A stretch of DNA of 64,000 nt, from positions 9,695 through 73,694 of the forward strand of contig JAXMAA010000003.1 in NCBI GenBank assembly GCA_046350615.1. Direction: 5' to 3'. The notes beneath the pieces were generated by a model. The model was not told the DNA's origin. It did not search any database and saw only the letters and a list, made by a program, of their open reading frames with translations. Made by a program: the position numbers and the translations under genes. How positions within the stretch are numbered: the stretch's first letter is position 1; each line of letters starts with the position of its first letter. The stretch is from Candidatus Saccharimonadales bacterium (GTDB lineage: Bacteria > Patescibacteriota > Saccharimonadia > Saccharimonadales > UBA7683). Positions 17,454 to 27,620 of this stretch are shown one piece after another.

Positions 17454-17998
17454 TATTTAGTCTCCTTTGCGACTTTCGTAGCAGCTTTTTTGGTAGGAGC
17501 CTTGGTTTCGGTAGTGGTTGTCCATTCACTCTTCGGTTTTAATTGACCGAGCGCACGTAGGGTTGCGTAGGCAGCATTTACCTTGTTAGAACTCCCGAGT
17601 GACTTCGAGAGTACGTTGTGCACACCAGTGACGTTTAAGATTGCTCGCACAGTACCGCCTGCGATGATACCCGTACCGGGGGCAGCAGGTTTCAGAAGCA
17701 CCTTTGCACCGCCAACTTTTGCATATACGTCATGTGGAATGGTTGTGTTAAAGATTGAGATTTCAATGAGGTTCTTTTTGGCAACTGCAGTTGCTTTAGT
17801 CACCGCAGCTTGCACATCTGCACCCTTACTTACGCCAACACCAACACGCTTTTTGCCATCCCCAACAACTACCAGCGCTTTAAAGCGGAAGCGACGGCCA
17901 CCTTTTACCACACGAGCAACACGGTCGATGTTGATGACTACCTCTTCAAATTCTTTTACCTCTTCAACCTGAGGCTGACGGGAACGATTCTCTGCCAT
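17453..17998 (-). CDS. rpsE: 30S ribosomal protein S5 with Lys/Thr/Ala-rich tail (start at internal ATG 17998)
   Basis: VINIDRVARVVKGGRRFRFKALVVVGDG; ATG 17998 lies just after the rplR stop; ORF-track extension overlaps rplR. Confidence 0.93.
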   Translation of the reverse strand: MAENRSRQPQVEEVKEFEEVVINIDRVARVVKGGRRFRFKALVVVGDGKKRVGVGVSKGADVQAAVTKATAVAKKNLIEISIFNTTIPHDVYAKVGGAKVLLKPAAPGTGIIAGGTVRAILNVTGVHNVLSKSLGSSNKVNAAYATLRALGQLKPKSEWTTTTETKAPTKKAATKVAKETK

Positions 17999-17999
17999 A

Positions 18000-18356
18000 T
18001 TAGAACTCCAATCCATTCTCTCTTGCAGCTGTGGCAAGTGCATTAAGGCGTGCTTGGTACGCACGACCATTTCTATCCATCACAACTTTTGTAATTTTGG
18101 CTTTCACTGCTTTTTTTGCGATCTCGGTACCTACAAAAGTGCATTGCTCAGTTAAAGAATTTTCAGCTGCTTTACTCTGTACGGTTGTCGCCGATACTAA
18201 AGTGTTGCCAGTTGAGTCATCTATAATTTGAGCGCTCACATGGCGATTGCTGATATGCACGCTGAGTCTCGGTCGTTCAGTAGTTCCGCTCACCACGCTT
18301 CGTACGCGATTTTTGCGGATAACTTTGTTTGCTCGTTTATGATCAAGACGGTTCAT
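18000..18356 (-). CDS. rplR: 50S ribosomal protein L18
   Basis: RPRLSVHISNRHVSAQIIDD, DRNGRAYQARLNALATAARENGLEF. Confidence 0.95.
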   Translation of the reverse strand: MNRLDHKRANKVIRKNRVRSVVSGTTERPRLSVHISNRHVSAQIIDDSTGNTLVSATTVQSKAAENSLTEQCTFVGTEIAKKAVKAKITKVVMDRNGRAYQARLNALATAARENGLEF

Positions 18357-18892
18357 TATTTTGCTCCTGTCTTTCCGGCCTTGCGGATAATGTATTCACC
18401 TTCGTACTTAATCCCCTTGCCCTTGTAGGGCTCTGGTTTTTTAAGTTTGCGAATGTCTGCAGCAACTTGGCCAACTTGCTGCTTATTGATACCACTTACC
18501 GAGATATTCATTTTATCAACGGCTAGAGTGATGCCTTCTGGCGCAATAAAATCAATTGGGTGTGAAAAACCGAGGTTCAGCACTAGTTTATTGCCCTGCA
18601 GTGCTACTTTAAAACCAACACCGTTAACCTCAAGCTTCTTCTCAAAGCCTTTTGTAACACCCTCAACCATGTTGTTGATAAGAGCGCGCATTAAGCCGTG
18701 TTGAGCTTTGGCAGGTTTGTCATCACTTTTTCTGGTGACAGTTAATACGTTTTCACTAATTGCAACTTCTACGTGCGGTAGCTGGGTAGTCTCAAGGTTA
18801 CCTTTGGGACCGGTAACTTTGATTACGCCGCCATCGACCGTGATTGTCACGCCAGCAGGAATTTCTACTGGTAGTTTTCCGATTCGACTCAT
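18356..18892 (-). CDS. rplF: 50S ribosomal protein L6
   Basis: MSRIGKLPVEIPAGV, PEPYKGKGIKYEGE. Confidence 0.95.
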   Translation of the reverse strand: MSRIGKLPVEIPAGVTITVDGGVIKVTGPKGNLETTQLPHVEVAISENVLTVTRKSDDKPAKAQHGLMRALINNMVEGVTKGFEKKLEVNGVGFKVALQGNKLVLNLGFSHPIDFIAPEGITLAVDKMNISVSGINKQQVGQVAADIRKLKKPEPYKGKGIKYEGEYIIRKAGKTGAK

Positions 18893-18915
18893 AGTTTTAT
18901 ACCTTATTACTTTCT

Positions 18916-19329
18916 TTAATATACTTTACAAATTACTTCACCACCAAGGCGTTGTTTGCTGGCCTCAAAGCCGTTCATAACACCTTTACTGGTAGAGATT
19001 AGAACTAAACCACGACCACTTTTAACTCGAGGGATGTCTTTTACACTCGTATAGAATCTTCGACCTGGCGTGCTTACGCGTACGATTTCGGTAAAGCGCG
19101 GGTTCTGACCCTCTTCGTTAATCGCGATTACAATTTCACTCCGAGGAGTGCCTGCTTCAACGGTTACGTTTTTCAAGAAGCCGTTTTTAGCAAGTTCTTT
19201 TGCGATAGTTTCTTTAATTTTTGAATGCGGTACACGTACCTCGTGCTTGTTGACGCTAGCGGCGTTACGAATACGAGTGAGCATATCTGCAATTGGGTCT
19301 GTTGATACCATACTCATACTCCTTACCAA
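18916..19329 (-). CDS. rpsH: 30S ribosomal protein S8 (true start may be an internal Met at 19317 or 19311)
   Basis: [22 protein letters not shown]. Confidence 0.93.
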   Translation of the reverse strand: MVRSMSMVSTDPIADMLTRIRNAASVNKHEVRVPHSKIKETIAKELAKNGFLKNVTVEAGTPRSEIVIAINEEGQNPRFTEIVRVSTPGRRFYTSVKDIPRVKSGRGLVLISTSKGVMNGFEASKQRLGGEVICKVY

Positions 19330-19592
19330 CTTGCCTTTGTTACGCCAGGGATCTCACCCTTGCTGGCATGATTTCTAAATGCAACACGGCTCAAGCCAAA
19401 CGTGCGCATAAAGCCACGTGGTCGGCCGGTTTCACCACAACGGTTTTTAAGCCTTGTTGGCGAGGAATTGCGCGGAAGTTTGGCTAATCCTTCAAGATCA
19501 CCGATCTTTTTGAGCTCGGCTCGCTTTGCAGCAAATTTTTCGTTCATCTTGTGACGCTTTAAGTCGCGTGCGATAGCAGATTTCTTAGCCAT
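19323..19592 (-). CDS. rpsN: 30S ribosomal protein S14, long form without CxxC zinc motif
   Basis: 89 aa; [23 protein letters not shown]...GVTKASW. Confidence 0.93.
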   Translation of the reverse strand: MAKKSAIARDLKRHKMNEKFAAKRAELKKIGDLEGLAKLPRNSSPTRLKNRCGETGRPRGFMRTFGLSRVAFRNHASKGEIPGVTKASW

Positions 19593-20182
19593 TACTTGCT
19601 CTCCTTTTGGGTTGTCTTTTCAAACGGTAGGCCGAAACCTTCTAGCAAAGCGCGGGAATTTTCAGGATTGCTACCACTAACTACAAAGTTAATCTGCAGA
19701 CCATGGAGCTGTGAGATGTCCTCAAACGTAAGCTCTGGAAAAACTGACTGCTCGGTGAGGCCAAGGCTGTAGTTACCTTTAGGGTCAAAGGCTTTAGCAC
19801 TGATACCATGAAAATCGCGTACACGAGGGAGAACGATATTAGTAAGTCGGTCGAGGAATTCGTACATCTTATCACCGCGAAGCGTTACCTTCATGCCGAT
19901 GGTATTCATGCCAGCGCGAATTTTAAAGCTCGCGATAGATTTTTTAGCAATTACCTCAACTGGCTGCTGACCAGTAATTTTACGTAGCGTGCCGCGAACA
20001 ATTTCGAACATGTGTTTGTCATCTTTACTGCGGCCGAGACCAACATTAATCACAATTTTCTCTAAGCTGGGAACTTCGTGAATGTTGTTTAGACCCAAGC
20101 TTTCCTTCAACTCGGCTGCAAGGCTCTGCTGAAACTGTAGCTTCAGACGTGGTGTGGTTACCACACTCGTATCTTTGCTCAT
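19592..20182 (-). CDS. rplE: 50S ribosomal protein L5
   Basis: [28 protein letters not shown]. Confidence 0.95.
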   Translation of the reverse strand: MSKDTSVVTTPRLKLQFQQSLAAELKESLGLNNIHEVPSLEKIVINVGLGRSKDDKHMFEIVRGTLRKITGQQPVEVIAKKSIASFKIRAGMNTIGMKVTLRGDKMYEFLDRLTNIVLPRVRDFHGISAKAFDPKGNYSLGLTEQSVFPELTFEDISQLHGLQINFVVSGSNPENSRALLEGFGLPFEKTTQKESK

Positions 20183-20496
20183 ACATCAATCTCCTTATTG
20201 GTCTTTTTGAATATGCGAACTTTGCTACCATCCTTCTTTGTTGTGTAGCCAACTCGGCTGGTGGCATTTTTTTTACCAGTTTGCAGCAGCGCTACCTTGC
20301 TGGCATCAATTGCAATGTGCTTATCAACAATACCGCCTTGGGGTTGTAGCATATTTGGCTTTACATGTCGTTTTACGACGTTGAGACCTTCAATTTTAAC
20401 GCCATTTGTTCGAGGAGAAACGGCAACAACTTTACCCGATTGGCCTTTTAGGCTGCCAGCAATAACTTTAACCTGGTCACCTTTTTTCAGTTTCAT
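20179..20496 (-). CDS. rplX: 50S ribosomal protein L24
   Basis: [26 protein letters not shown] motif. Confidence 0.95.
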   Translation of the reverse strand: MKLKKGDQVKVIAGSLKGQSGKVVAVSPRTNGVKIEGLNVVKRHVKPNMLQPQGGIVDKHIAIDASKVALLQTGKKNATSRVGYTTKKDGSKVRIFKKTNKEIDV

Positions 20497-20864
20497 TATA
20501 GAACCTCCGGTGCCAAGCTAATGATTTTTGTATATCCCATATCGCGAAGCTCGCGTGGAACTGGACCGAAAATGCGGGTTGCTTTGGGCAACTTTTCATC
20601 GCCTAGAATAACTGCTGCATTTTCATCAAACTTGATGGTGGAGCCATCTTTACGACGGATGGTATTAGTAGTACGTACTACAACGGCCTTCACAACCGAT
20701 TTCTTCTTAACATTACCGGTTGGGTTAGCCTCTTTTACAGTGGCCACGATAACATCGCCAACGCCCGCATAGCGTTTACGGCTACCGCCAAGTACGCGAA
20801 TACAAAGAATCTCCTTTGCACCACTGTTATCTGCTACCTTTAATCGAGATTCTTGCTGGATCAT
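20496..20864 (-). CDS. rplN: 50S ribosomal protein L14
   Basis: [27 protein letters not shown]. Confidence 0.97.
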   Translation of the reverse strand: MIQQESRLKVADNSGAKEILCIRVLGGSRKRYAGVGDVIVATVKEANPTGNVKKKSVVKAVVVRTTNTIRRKDGSTIKFDENAAVILGDEKLPKATRIFGPVPRELRDMGYTKIISLAPEVL

Positions 20865-21127
20865 GCAACCACCTCTTCAGCAGCACCTTCTTTTCGTTCA
20901 ATGACTGCCTCAAGTTTGAATGTCTTGTTTTTGCTTACCGGGCGAGTTTCAACGATTGAAACTTTATCACCAAGCTGCGCCTCGTTCTTTTCATCGTGAG
21001 CTTGGTACTTTTTGCTCACCGTATACTGTTTGCGGTAAATAGGGTGCGTAACACGTCGTTCAGTTTTGACGACGATAGTTTTGTCTTGCACGTCTGATAC
21101 CACTATACCAATTAACTTTCTCGACAT
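20861..21127 (-). CDS. rpsQ: 30S ribosomal protein S17
   Basis: [27 protein letters not shown]. Confidence 0.95.
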   Translation of the reverse strand: MSRKLIGIVVSDVQDKTIVVKTERRVTHPIYRKQYTVSKKYQAHDEKNEAQLGDKVSIVETRPVSKNKTFKLEAVIERKEGAAEEVVA

Positions 21128-21128
21128 A

Positions 21129-21341
21129 TTACTTTTCCTCTCCGCTCAGTGCCGTTCGAATGGTTTTAGCACGAGCAATACTCTTCTTGATTGCACCTAA
21201 TTGGTGAGTCTTGGTTTCTTTGTTGGTGTTGAGGGCATGCGTAAGCTCTTGGTAGGATGTTTGGAGCTCAGCTATATAAGCACTAATTTCCGCATCTTTT
21301 TTGGTGCGCAGGTCTTTAACACTCAGGAGCTTAATTTTCAT
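21129..21341 (-). CDS. rpmC: 50S ribosomal protein L29
   Basis: 70 aa helical protein, KKSIARAKTI; between rplP and rpsQ. Confidence 0.9.
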   Translation of the reverse strand: MKIKLLSVKDLRTKKDAEISAYIAELQTSYQELTHALNTNKETKTHQLGAIKKSIARAKTIRTALSGEEK

Positions 21342-21757
21342 TATGCTTGCTCCTTTACAACAAACTTGGTTTTTACTGGTAGCTTGTGCGCCGCTAAACG
21401 CATAGCTTCACGAGCTTGCTCTTCAGTAACGCCACGGCCCATCTCAAACAAAACAGTGCCTGGCTTTACTTTAGCTACAAAGAACTCCGGATTACCTTTG
21501 CCGCTACCCATCTTTACATCTTGTGGCTTACGGGTTACTGGTGTGTGTGGGAAAATTCGGATCCATACCTTACCGCCACGTTTGATGTAGCGAGTCATTG
21601 CCTGACGTGCAGACTCGATCTGGCGGGAGGTGATGCGTCCGGCATCTTGACTTACTAGACCGTAATCACCAAAAGCAACATAGTGGCCGCTGGTAGCAAC
21701 ACCGTTGATTTTGCCTTTACGAACTTTTCTAAATTTAGTCTTCTTTGGTAACAGCAT
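21341..21757 (-). CDS. rplP: 50S ribosomal protein L16 (start at ATG 21757, TAATG overlap with rpsC stop)
   Basis: [15 protein letters not shown]..., [10 protein letters not shown]-type block ([12 protein letters not shown]). Confidence 0.95.
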   Translation of the reverse strand: MLLPKKTKFRKVRKGKINGVATSGHYVAFGDYGLVSQDAGRITSRQIESARQAMTRYIKRGGKVWIRIFPHTPVTRKPQDVKMGSGKGNPEFFVAKVKPGTVLFEMGRGVTEEQAREAMRLAAHKLPVKTKFVVKEQA

Positions 21758-22389
21758 TATTGTACCTCGCCTTTGTAGATCCACACCTTCACACCAATGA
21801 TACCAGCGCCTGGATACTTGGCACGTGCTGCATGATAATCAATATCTGCTCGAAGTGTGTGAAGCGGTACACTGCCTTCAATATGCTTTTCTCGGCGGCT
21901 CATTTCGGCACCTTGCAATCGTCCGGCAACTTCAATGCGAATACCTTTTGCTCCGGCTCGCATTGTTGCGGCAGCGGTAGATTTAACAGCTCGGCGGAAT
22001 GCAATACGGCGCTCTAATTGACGGGCAATATTTTCAGCCACCAGTTTAGCAGCTAGCTCTGGTCGTTTAACTTCCTCAATATTGACTCGCACTGTGGTTT
22101 GTAAGATTTTCTCACATAATGCTTTGATTTCTTGTGCGCCAACACCGCCGCGACCAATGACTACACCGGCTTTGCTGGTGTGAATGGTAACAGTTACGAG
22201 GTTTGGCGAACGTTCGATATCAATTCGGTCAATTACTGCTCGGGTTTCAAACTTCTTTTCGATCTCTCTTCGTACTTGGATGTCTTGACTTAGGAAACTT
22301 GCGTATTCCTTCTTGCCAGCAAACCATTTACTGCGCCACTGCTTATTAACCTGAAGGCGCATGCTAATAGGATTAACTTTCTGACCCAT
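21757..22389 (-). CDS. rpsC: 30S ribosomal protein S3
   Basis: [14 protein letters not shown] domain, [12 protein letters not shown]. Confidence 0.95.
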   Translation of the reverse strand: MGQKVNPISMRLQVNKQWRSKWFAGKKEYASFLSQDIQVRREIEKKFETRAVIDRIDIERSPNLVTVTIHTSKAGVVIGRGGVGAQEIKALCEKILQTTVRVNIEEVKRPELAAKLVAENIARQLERRIAFRRAVKSTAAATMRAGAKGIRIEVAGRLQGAEMSRREKHIEGSVPLHTLRADIDYHAARAKYPGAGIIGVKVWIYKGEVQ

Positions 22390-22790
22390 TACTTGCTCTC
22401 CTTCTTAGTTGTTTTAGTAGTGGACTTGGTTGTGGTTGGCTTTTTAGCCTTTTCAGCGCCGGAAACAATAACAGTAACGTGCGTAGTTCGTTTTTGATAC
22501 GGGTGAGCCGAACCACGAGCCACTGGGCGAAAACGCTTCATACGAGGTCCTGGACTAACATTAAGCGTATCAATAACGAGGTCATCACCTTTGGCATTGT
22601 GATTGTGTGTAGCATTTGCCTGAGCGCTTTTGATCACCTTGATAATAGGTAATGCGGCACGGCGTGGTGTGTGTTCTAAGATAACCAAAGCGTCGGTAAC
22701 ACTACGGCCGCGAACAAGGTTGGCTACTTCACCAACTTTGCGTGGTGTCATAGCAAGGCCTTTAGCTTGTGCTTTTACGTATACAGCCAT
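22389..22790 (-). CDS. rplV: 50S ribosomal protein L22 with Lys/Thr-rich tail
   Basis: PRKVGEVANLVRGRSVTDAL, RFRPVARGSAHPYQKRTTH. Confidence 0.95.
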   Translation of the reverse strand: MAVYVKAQAKGLAMTPRKVGEVANLVRGRSVTDALVILEHTPRRAALPIIKVIKSAQANATHNHNAKGDDLVIDTLNVSPGPRMKRFRPVARGSAHPYQKRTTHVTVIVSGAEKAKKPTTTKSTTKTTKKESK

Positions 22791-22792
22791 GA

Positions 22793-23056
22793 TTACTTAT
22801 CCTTACCACCGTGTTTACGGAACTTGCGGGTTGGACTAAATTCACCAAGTTTATGACCAACCATGTTTTCGCTTACAAATACTGGCACGTGGACCTTGCC
22901 GTTATGTACTGCAATTGTGCGACCAACAAATTCTGGGGCAATCGTGCTGGCACGTGCCCATGTTTTAATAACGGTGCGATCATCTTGACCAAGAGCTGCT
23001 ATTTTTTTAGCGAGCTTCGGGTCTACAAATGGTCCTTTTTTAAGTGATCTAGACAT
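22793..23056 (-). CDS. rpsS: 30S ribosomal protein S19 (start at ATG 23056)
   Basis: [12 protein letters not shown]...; GGGGAGAGG SD directly upstream; ORF-track N-terminal extension rejected. Confidence 0.95.
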   Translation of the reverse strand: MSRSLKKGPFVDPKLAKKIAALGQDDRTVIKTWARASTIAPEFVGRTIAVHNGKVHVPVFVSENMVGHKLGEFSPTRKFRKHGGKDK

Positions 23057-23384
23057 CCTCTCCCCTTCTATTTGTAAGTTCTGAAATAATTTGTGTATCG
23101 CGAGCATCGTTGAAAAGAGCGTTCAGTATGTCATATTCTTCTTGCCCATGTAAATCGGAACCCGTAGTTAAATCAAAGTCTCTCGATAATTGTCTTCGAT
23201 AACCCATTAGACCTATGCGCTCTAAATCAGTAAGCTCTGGATCTAAAACCGTTAAATCTCCTGATAGTCGTCCTAACGAACGTGCTGTTCTGTGATTAAG
23301 CTGTGCGTTTGTAGCAAACTTAGCTTTTTGGAATTCAGCATCATGCGCTTCTTTGAATGTGGGTATGCGTAAATCAACAGCCAT
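23049..23384 (-). CDS. hypothetical 111-aa protein inserted between rplB and rpsS
   Basis: ATG 1 nt after rplB stop with GAGGAAATAAT SD; its last codons (RRGEDV*) contain the rpsS SD and start; no recognisable motif. Confidence 0.65.
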   Translation of the reverse strand: MAVDLRIPTFKEAHDAEFQKAKFATNAQLNHRTARSLGRLSGDLTVLDPELTDLERIGLMGYRRQLSRDFDLTTGSDLHGQEEYDILNALFNDARDTQIISELTNRRGEDV

Positions 23385-23385
23385 A

Positions 23386-24222
23386 TTATTTCCTCTTAGC
23401 CTGATGACGGCTTCTTACGATAAATGTAGTTGAACGTTTGTTGCGACGTGTTTTGTAACCAAGAGCAGGTTTGCCCCAAGGAGTTTTTGGCGCACGGCCA
23501 ACACCATGAGAACCACCATCACCACCACCGTGTGGGTGATCTGCTGCATTCATAACGAGACCACGAACTTGCGGGCGGCGTCCAAGATGGCGTTTACGTC
23601 CAGCAGAGCCGATCTTAACGTTCTGGTGCTGTTCGTTTCCAACTGCACCAATGGTTGCCATGCTGTTGATGTTAATGCGGCGAATTTCACCACTCGGGAG
23701 CTTGACCTGAGCGTATTCACCCTCTTTGGCAGTCAACTGAGCTTTTGCACCAGCCGAGCGTACCATTTGAGCGCCACGACCAGGCTGGATTTCGATACCA
23801 TGAATGAAACTACCTACTGGAATCGCCTGTAACGGTAGGCGGTTGCCATCTTCAATAGGAGCTTTTTCGCCAACAACTATAGTTTGACCAACCTTCATGC
23901 GACCAGTAGCGATAATATAATGGTACTTCTGGTTCTCATCTTTAATACGTGCGATATTTGCACTACGGTTCGGATCGTATTCGATCGCCTCAATTTCAGC
24001 CTTACCGAAATCTAGTTGCTTAAAGTTAACAAGTCGGTAGAACTGCTTTGCGCCACCGCCACGGTGGCGAACAGTAATAACACCCCTGTTGTTGCGTCCA
24101 CTCGAGCGCTTTTTTGCTACAAGCAGCGACTTCAAAGGCTTTTTGGTTGTGATCTTATCAAAATCTTGCGAGCTCATGCCACGGCGAGAAGGAGTTGTTG
24201 GTTTGTACTGAGTGACAGCCAT
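23386..24222 (-). CDS. rplB: 50S ribosomal protein L2
   Basis: GRNNRGVITVRHRGGG, MNAADHPHGGG. Confidence 0.97.
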   Translation of the reverse strand: MAVTQYKPTTPSRRGMSSQDFDKITTKKPLKSLLVAKKRSSGRNNRGVITVRHRGGGAKQFYRLVNFKQLDFGKAEIEAIEYDPNRSANIARIKDENQKYHYIIATGRMKVGQTIVVGEKAPIEDGNRLPLQAIPVGSFIHGIEIQPGRGAQMVRSAGAKAQLTAKEGEYAQVKLPSGEIRRININSMATIGAVGNEQHQNVKIGSAGRKRHLGRRPQVRGLVMNAADHPHGGGDGGSHGVGRAPKTPWGKPALGYKTRRNKRSTTFIVRSRHQAKRK

Positions 24223-24530
24223 TATTTCTTCTCCTCTTCTTCAAAGATCTTGATGCTATAGCCATCTTTCAGCTTTACGTAAGCCTTTTTGAATGTGCTA
24301 CGCTCACCAACGATCGGGCGAGCACGACGATTACCAAGGCGAACTGATCGAGCTTTCTTACCGTTTTGCACAATAACGTTCACCTCTTCAACAGTTACGT
24401 TGAACTGTGTTTGAACAGCATCTTTGATCTGCACCTTATTAGCACTAGTTGGCACTACAAACACGTATGTTTGCTTGAGTAAGCTCTGTTGATAAGCTTT
24501 TTCGCTCATGCGTGGTTTCAGATTAAGCAT
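24222..24530 (-). CDS. rplW: 50S ribosomal protein L23
   Basis: YVFVVPTSANKVQIKDAV; between rplD and rplB. Confidence 0.92.
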   Translation of the reverse strand: MLNLKPRMSEKAYQQSLLKQTYVFVVPTSANKVQIKDAVQTQFNVTVEEVNVIVQNGKKARSVRLGNRRARPIVGERSTFKKAYVKLKDGYSIKIFEEEEKK

Positions 24531-25182
24531 TTACTGCCTCCTTTTTGGCTGCAGGCGCTTTAGCCGGTAATGAAAGCCATTCTTTAATGAGCTCAACCGA
24601 CTTTTTGTTCAAAACAATATGGTCAGCGTTAAGAATATCGTAAACATTCAAGTAAGTGGCTTGCACTGCTTTTACGTTTGCAACATTACGAGTAGCGCGG
24701 TCCACAAGCTCGTCTTTGACATCGACTACAAGTAATACACGGCGCTCTAGCTTGTTTTTTGTGAGGAATTCTACGGTGTTTTTGACTTTGCCATCCGTCG
24801 CTTTAAATTCAGCAATGGTGATCTTCTTAGAAGTGTTAGCAAGTGAAAGTGCCTGGCGTAGTGCCTGACGTTTTTGTGCGGTTGAAAGACTTTTGGTGTA
24901 GTTTTCTGTGCCTGTAGGGCCGAAAACTATACCACCACCACGCCAAATTGGGTTACGTGATGAACCAACACGAGCACGTCCAGTGCCTTTTTGGCGCCAT
25001 GGCTTTTTACCACCACCACGTACAAGTCCGCGAGTTTTAACTTGCGCAAGGTTCGAACGACCATTTGCAAGGTAAGCCTCGTACGCTCTTTTAACAAGAT
25101 CGTGATTTGCTACCTCAACCGCAAATACCTCTTTTGGTAGCGTTACGGTTGTTGGCTTCGCTGCTGTTTTAACATCTGCCAT
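24523..25182 (-). CDS. rplD: 50S ribosomal protein L4
   Basis: [29 protein letters not shown]. Confidence 0.95.
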   Translation of the reverse strand: MADVKTAAKPTTVTLPKEVFAVEVANHDLVKRAYEAYLANGRSNLAQVKTRGLVRGGGKKPWRQKGTGRARVGSSRNPIWRGGGIVFGPTGTENYTKSLSTAQKRQALRQALSLANTSKKITIAEFKATDGKVKNTVEFLTKNKLERRVLLVVDVKDELVDRATRNVANVKAVQATYLNVYDILNADHIVLNKKSVELIKEWLSLPAKAPAAKKEAVNA

Positions 25183-25183
25183 A

Positions 25184-25801
25184 TTACGCTCCTACCACCG
25201 TTATGAGGCTCTTTTTTGGGCCAGGGATAGCGCCTTTAAAGCCTATAAGATTATTTTCGAGGTCAATATAGGCAACCTTTAGACCAGAAACAGTCACCTG
25301 TTCGGCGCCCATTTGGCCAGCCATTCGCTTGCCCTTAAAGACTTTTTGCGGATACATAGATCCGATTGAACCAGGCCGACGAACCATTCCGTTACCACCG
25401 TGTGTGCTAGCGCTGGTCGCGAAGTTATTACGCTTTACGTTGCCCGCAAAACCCTTACCTTTGCTGGTGCCAGTTACTTTGACTTTGTCGCCGACTTCGA
25501 AGATTGAAACATCAAAAGAGGAGCCTAGTTTTTGCTCCTCTGAGATTGCCTCAACACGAAATTCTTTAATGATGCGTGGCATGAGATCTTTGCTTGCCTT
25601 CGCTGCATGGCCCTTTACAGACTTGCTCACGTTCTTACCGCCACCGAGTGAAAGCTGAATAGATGTATAGCCATCAGTTTCATCGGTTTTAATTTGGGTA
25701 ATAACGCAAGGACCAGCCTGTACGAGAGTTACAGGAATTAAAACACCATCCTCTTGGAGGATCTGGGTCATACCAATTTTTGTACCCAATAATGCTTTCA
25801 T
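25184..25801 (-). CDS. rplC: 50S ribosomal protein L3
   Basis: LLGTKIGMTQI, TSKGKGFAGNVKR, FKGKRMAGQMG. Confidence 0.95.
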   Translation of the reverse strand: MKALLGTKIGMTQILQEDGVLIPVTLVQAGPCVITQIKTDETDGYTSIQLSLGGGKNVSKSVKGHAAKASKDLMPRIIKEFRVEAISEEQKLGSSFDVSIFEVGDKVKVTGTSKGKGFAGNVKRNNFATSASTHGGNGMVRRPGSIGSMYPQKVFKGKRMAGQMGAEQVTVSGLKVAYIDLENNLIGFKGAIPGPKKSLITVVGA

Positions 25802-25927
25802 GTTGTCCCTTATTTACCATCAGAGCAAACAAAAATCTTGGACTGCTTCTGGTATCTGGTGATTTTTTCAAACCTCAGACCTGGAAACATGCCAAGTGCT
25901 TGATAAATGGCGTAAAATTACCATCAC

Positions 25928-25957
25928 AGCATATCAGATTACACTCAGTAGTGTCAA
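25928..25957 (-). promoter_or_regulatory. candidate promoter driving rplC and downstream genes
   Basis: Minus-strand TTGACA (25952-25957), 18-nt spacer, TATGCT (25928-25933), about 125 nt upstream of rplC ATG. Confidence 0.4.
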
Positions 25958-25972
25958 GTGTTTCTACTAAAA

Positions 25973-26269
25973 CTACCCACCAGCATTGTATGTTGTTTCG
26001 CCATCTCGTGCAGGCCTAAACCTTGCACCACTCGTAGGCACTAGAAATTCGCCGTCTCCTATCGCTTCGTCTCGCGCAATTCTAACATGTTCACGAGTGA
26101 ATGTACCATCGGGCTGAACAGCCATTACGCCATCTGTGATCTCGGTTCCTTTCCAGGGATGGCCTTCATCAGTTGCGCAAAACTCAGCCAAGGCCGCACG
26201 TGCAGCGGGCATGGCACGATGGAAATTATTCCGCATTTTTGATATTCTTTCATGATTTGTCGTGTTCAT
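25973..26269 (-). CDS. hypothetical protein (98 aa from internal ATG; ORF track 118 aa)
   Basis: Longest ORF start would overlap the IS hairpin at 26317-26337; start uncertain; no motif recognised. Confidence 0.45.
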   Translation of the reverse strand: MNTTNHERISKMRNNFHRAMPAARAALAEFCATDEGHPWKGTEITDGVMAVQPDGTFTREHVRIARDEAIGDGEFLVPTSGARFRPARDGETTYNAGG

Positions 26270-26316
26270 AGCTCTATACAATGTAACCGATGTACTCAAA
26301 CGGCGCAAATAAACTT

Positions 26317-26872
26317 CCCACGACCTCACGGTCGGGGTATTGGCTCCTTCAAACTAACCGAAGGTTAGTTTGCCCACTATCCTGTTTGCCTTGGTTTTCT
26401 ATGTAGCTTCGTATAGTGCTTTCGTTTATGCCAACTGTGCTAACAAAGTAGCCTTCCGACCAAATACTGTCTGTGCCCCAGTAGATCTTTTTTAGAAATG
26501 GTAGCTCGGCCTTCATGCCTCTTGCAGTGTTTGCCTTAATTATACCCACCACCTTACCTACGGACCACGTTGGTGGAATGGAAACGAGCATGTGTATGTG
26601 GTCTTTGTCGGTATTGGCAGTTTTGAAGATGACTTCAGGGTAGTGGTCCTGGATTTCTTTGATACGAGATGTAATGAAGGCCTTAACGCCTTCGTTGATG
26701 ATACTGCGTCGGTATTTGGTCGGAAACACTATATGGTAGTCACAGAGGAATACACAGTGGGATTTATGACGATAGAGCGTTGGCATTACCTACTCATGAT
26801 AGTCGGTGCAGGCCGAAAGCGGCAAACAAGCTAGTGGGTTAGGGCATACTGCCCACGACCTTACGGTCGGGG
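26317..26872 (-). mobile_element. IS200/IS605-family element (tnpA only), bounded approximately by two subterminal hairpins
   Basis: CCCACGACC-TCAC-GGTCGGGG (26317-26337) and CCCACGACC-TTAC-GGTCGGGG (26852-26872), same orientation, each followed by GTAYTG, flanking tnpA. Confidence 0.7.
26349..26786 (-). CDS. tnpA: IS200/IS605-family Y1 (HUH) transposase TnpA
   Basis: 145 aa; YHIVFPTKYRR, HIHMLVSIPP (HUH), SEGYFVSTVG (catalytic Tyr region). Confidence 0.85.
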   Translation of the reverse strand: MPTLYRHKSHCVFLCDYHIVFPTKYRRSIINEGVKAFITSRIKEIQDHYPEVIFKTANTDKDHIHMLVSIPPTWSVGKVVGIIKANTARGMKAELPFLKKIYWGTDSIWSEGYFVSTVGINESTIRSYIENQGKQDSGQTNLRLV

Positions 26873-26915
26873 TACTGTGCGCCTGGAATAGAAGACGACA
26901 CACCACGAGCCTGTA

Positions 26916-27200
26916 TTAGACGATAATACCGACTGGGAGATAGAAACTGATGATGGTTGCTACTAAGAGGACTGCTAATTCGATTTTTTTATCAGTTTGA
27001 AAATGCTCATGTGATGCGAACACAAGGCCCAATACCAGTCCCAGGGGCAGACTGAGATGTTCGAACGGGCCAATGTTCACATTCAAAAGCCTGACCCAAA
27101 AGGTGCCAAATATAAAGAATAGGACAAGTTTCAACAAGTATGTGGTGTCAGTCTCGGTATTTTTACGAGCTTTTTTGCTCTTCACTTTTTGTTTTGCCAT
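26916..27200 (-). CDS. small hypothetical membrane protein (basic N-terminus, 3 hydrophobic segments)
   Basis: 94 aa; AAGG SD 6 nt upstream. Confidence 0.5.
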   Translation of the reverse strand: MAKQKVKSKKARKNTETDTTYLLKLVLFFIFGTFWVRLLNVNIGPFEHLSLPLGLVLGLVFASHEHFQTDKKIELAVLLVATIISFYLPVGIIV

Positions 27201-27275
27201 ATCTAACCTTCATTAAAGCATAAACAAAATCAAATAGAAAGCCCGTACTCTGCTGCGGGTCCGTCCTCCAGCAAA

Positions 27276-27533
27276 TTATTTTTTGCCGGTGGCGAGGTTT
27301 TTTACGAAGAGCAATATGAGTGCGCCAGCGACAGCCACAAAGAAGCTGCGGAGGTTGAAGCCGGTAACGCCGACACCATTCAAGAGAAAGCCCGAAATCC
27401 AGCCACCGATAGCCGCGCCGATGATGCCCACGATGATGTTGCCAATCGCTCCTTGCTCTTTGTTATTTCCTGCAATCAGAGATGCAAGCCAGCCTGCGAT
27501 TGCTCCAAAGATTATCCACGATAGTATACCCAC
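27276..27533 (-). CDS. GlsB/YeaQ/YmgE-family (transglycosylase-associated) small membrane protein, GTG start
   Basis: GILSWIIFGAIAGWLA...GNIIVGIIGAAIGGWI glycine-zipper pattern; strong AAGGAGG SD. Confidence 0.75.
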   Translation of the reverse strand: MGILSWIIFGAIAGWLASLIAGNNKEQGAIGNIIVGIIGAAIGGWISGFLLNGVGVTGFNLRSFFVAVAGALILLFVKNLATGKK

Positions 27534-27590
27534 CTGATCCTCCTTATGATTACTTTTCTATTATATCAGCTCGTGTCAACGGGTATGTTT

Positions 27591-27620
27591 TAAAATGAAA
27601 GACCCACTTTCAGGTGGGTC
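27591..27620 (-). terminator. intrinsic terminator 25 nt downstream of rpsJ
   Basis: Minus-strand GACCCAC-CTGAAA-GTGGGTC followed by TTTCATTTTA. Confidence 0.6.
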
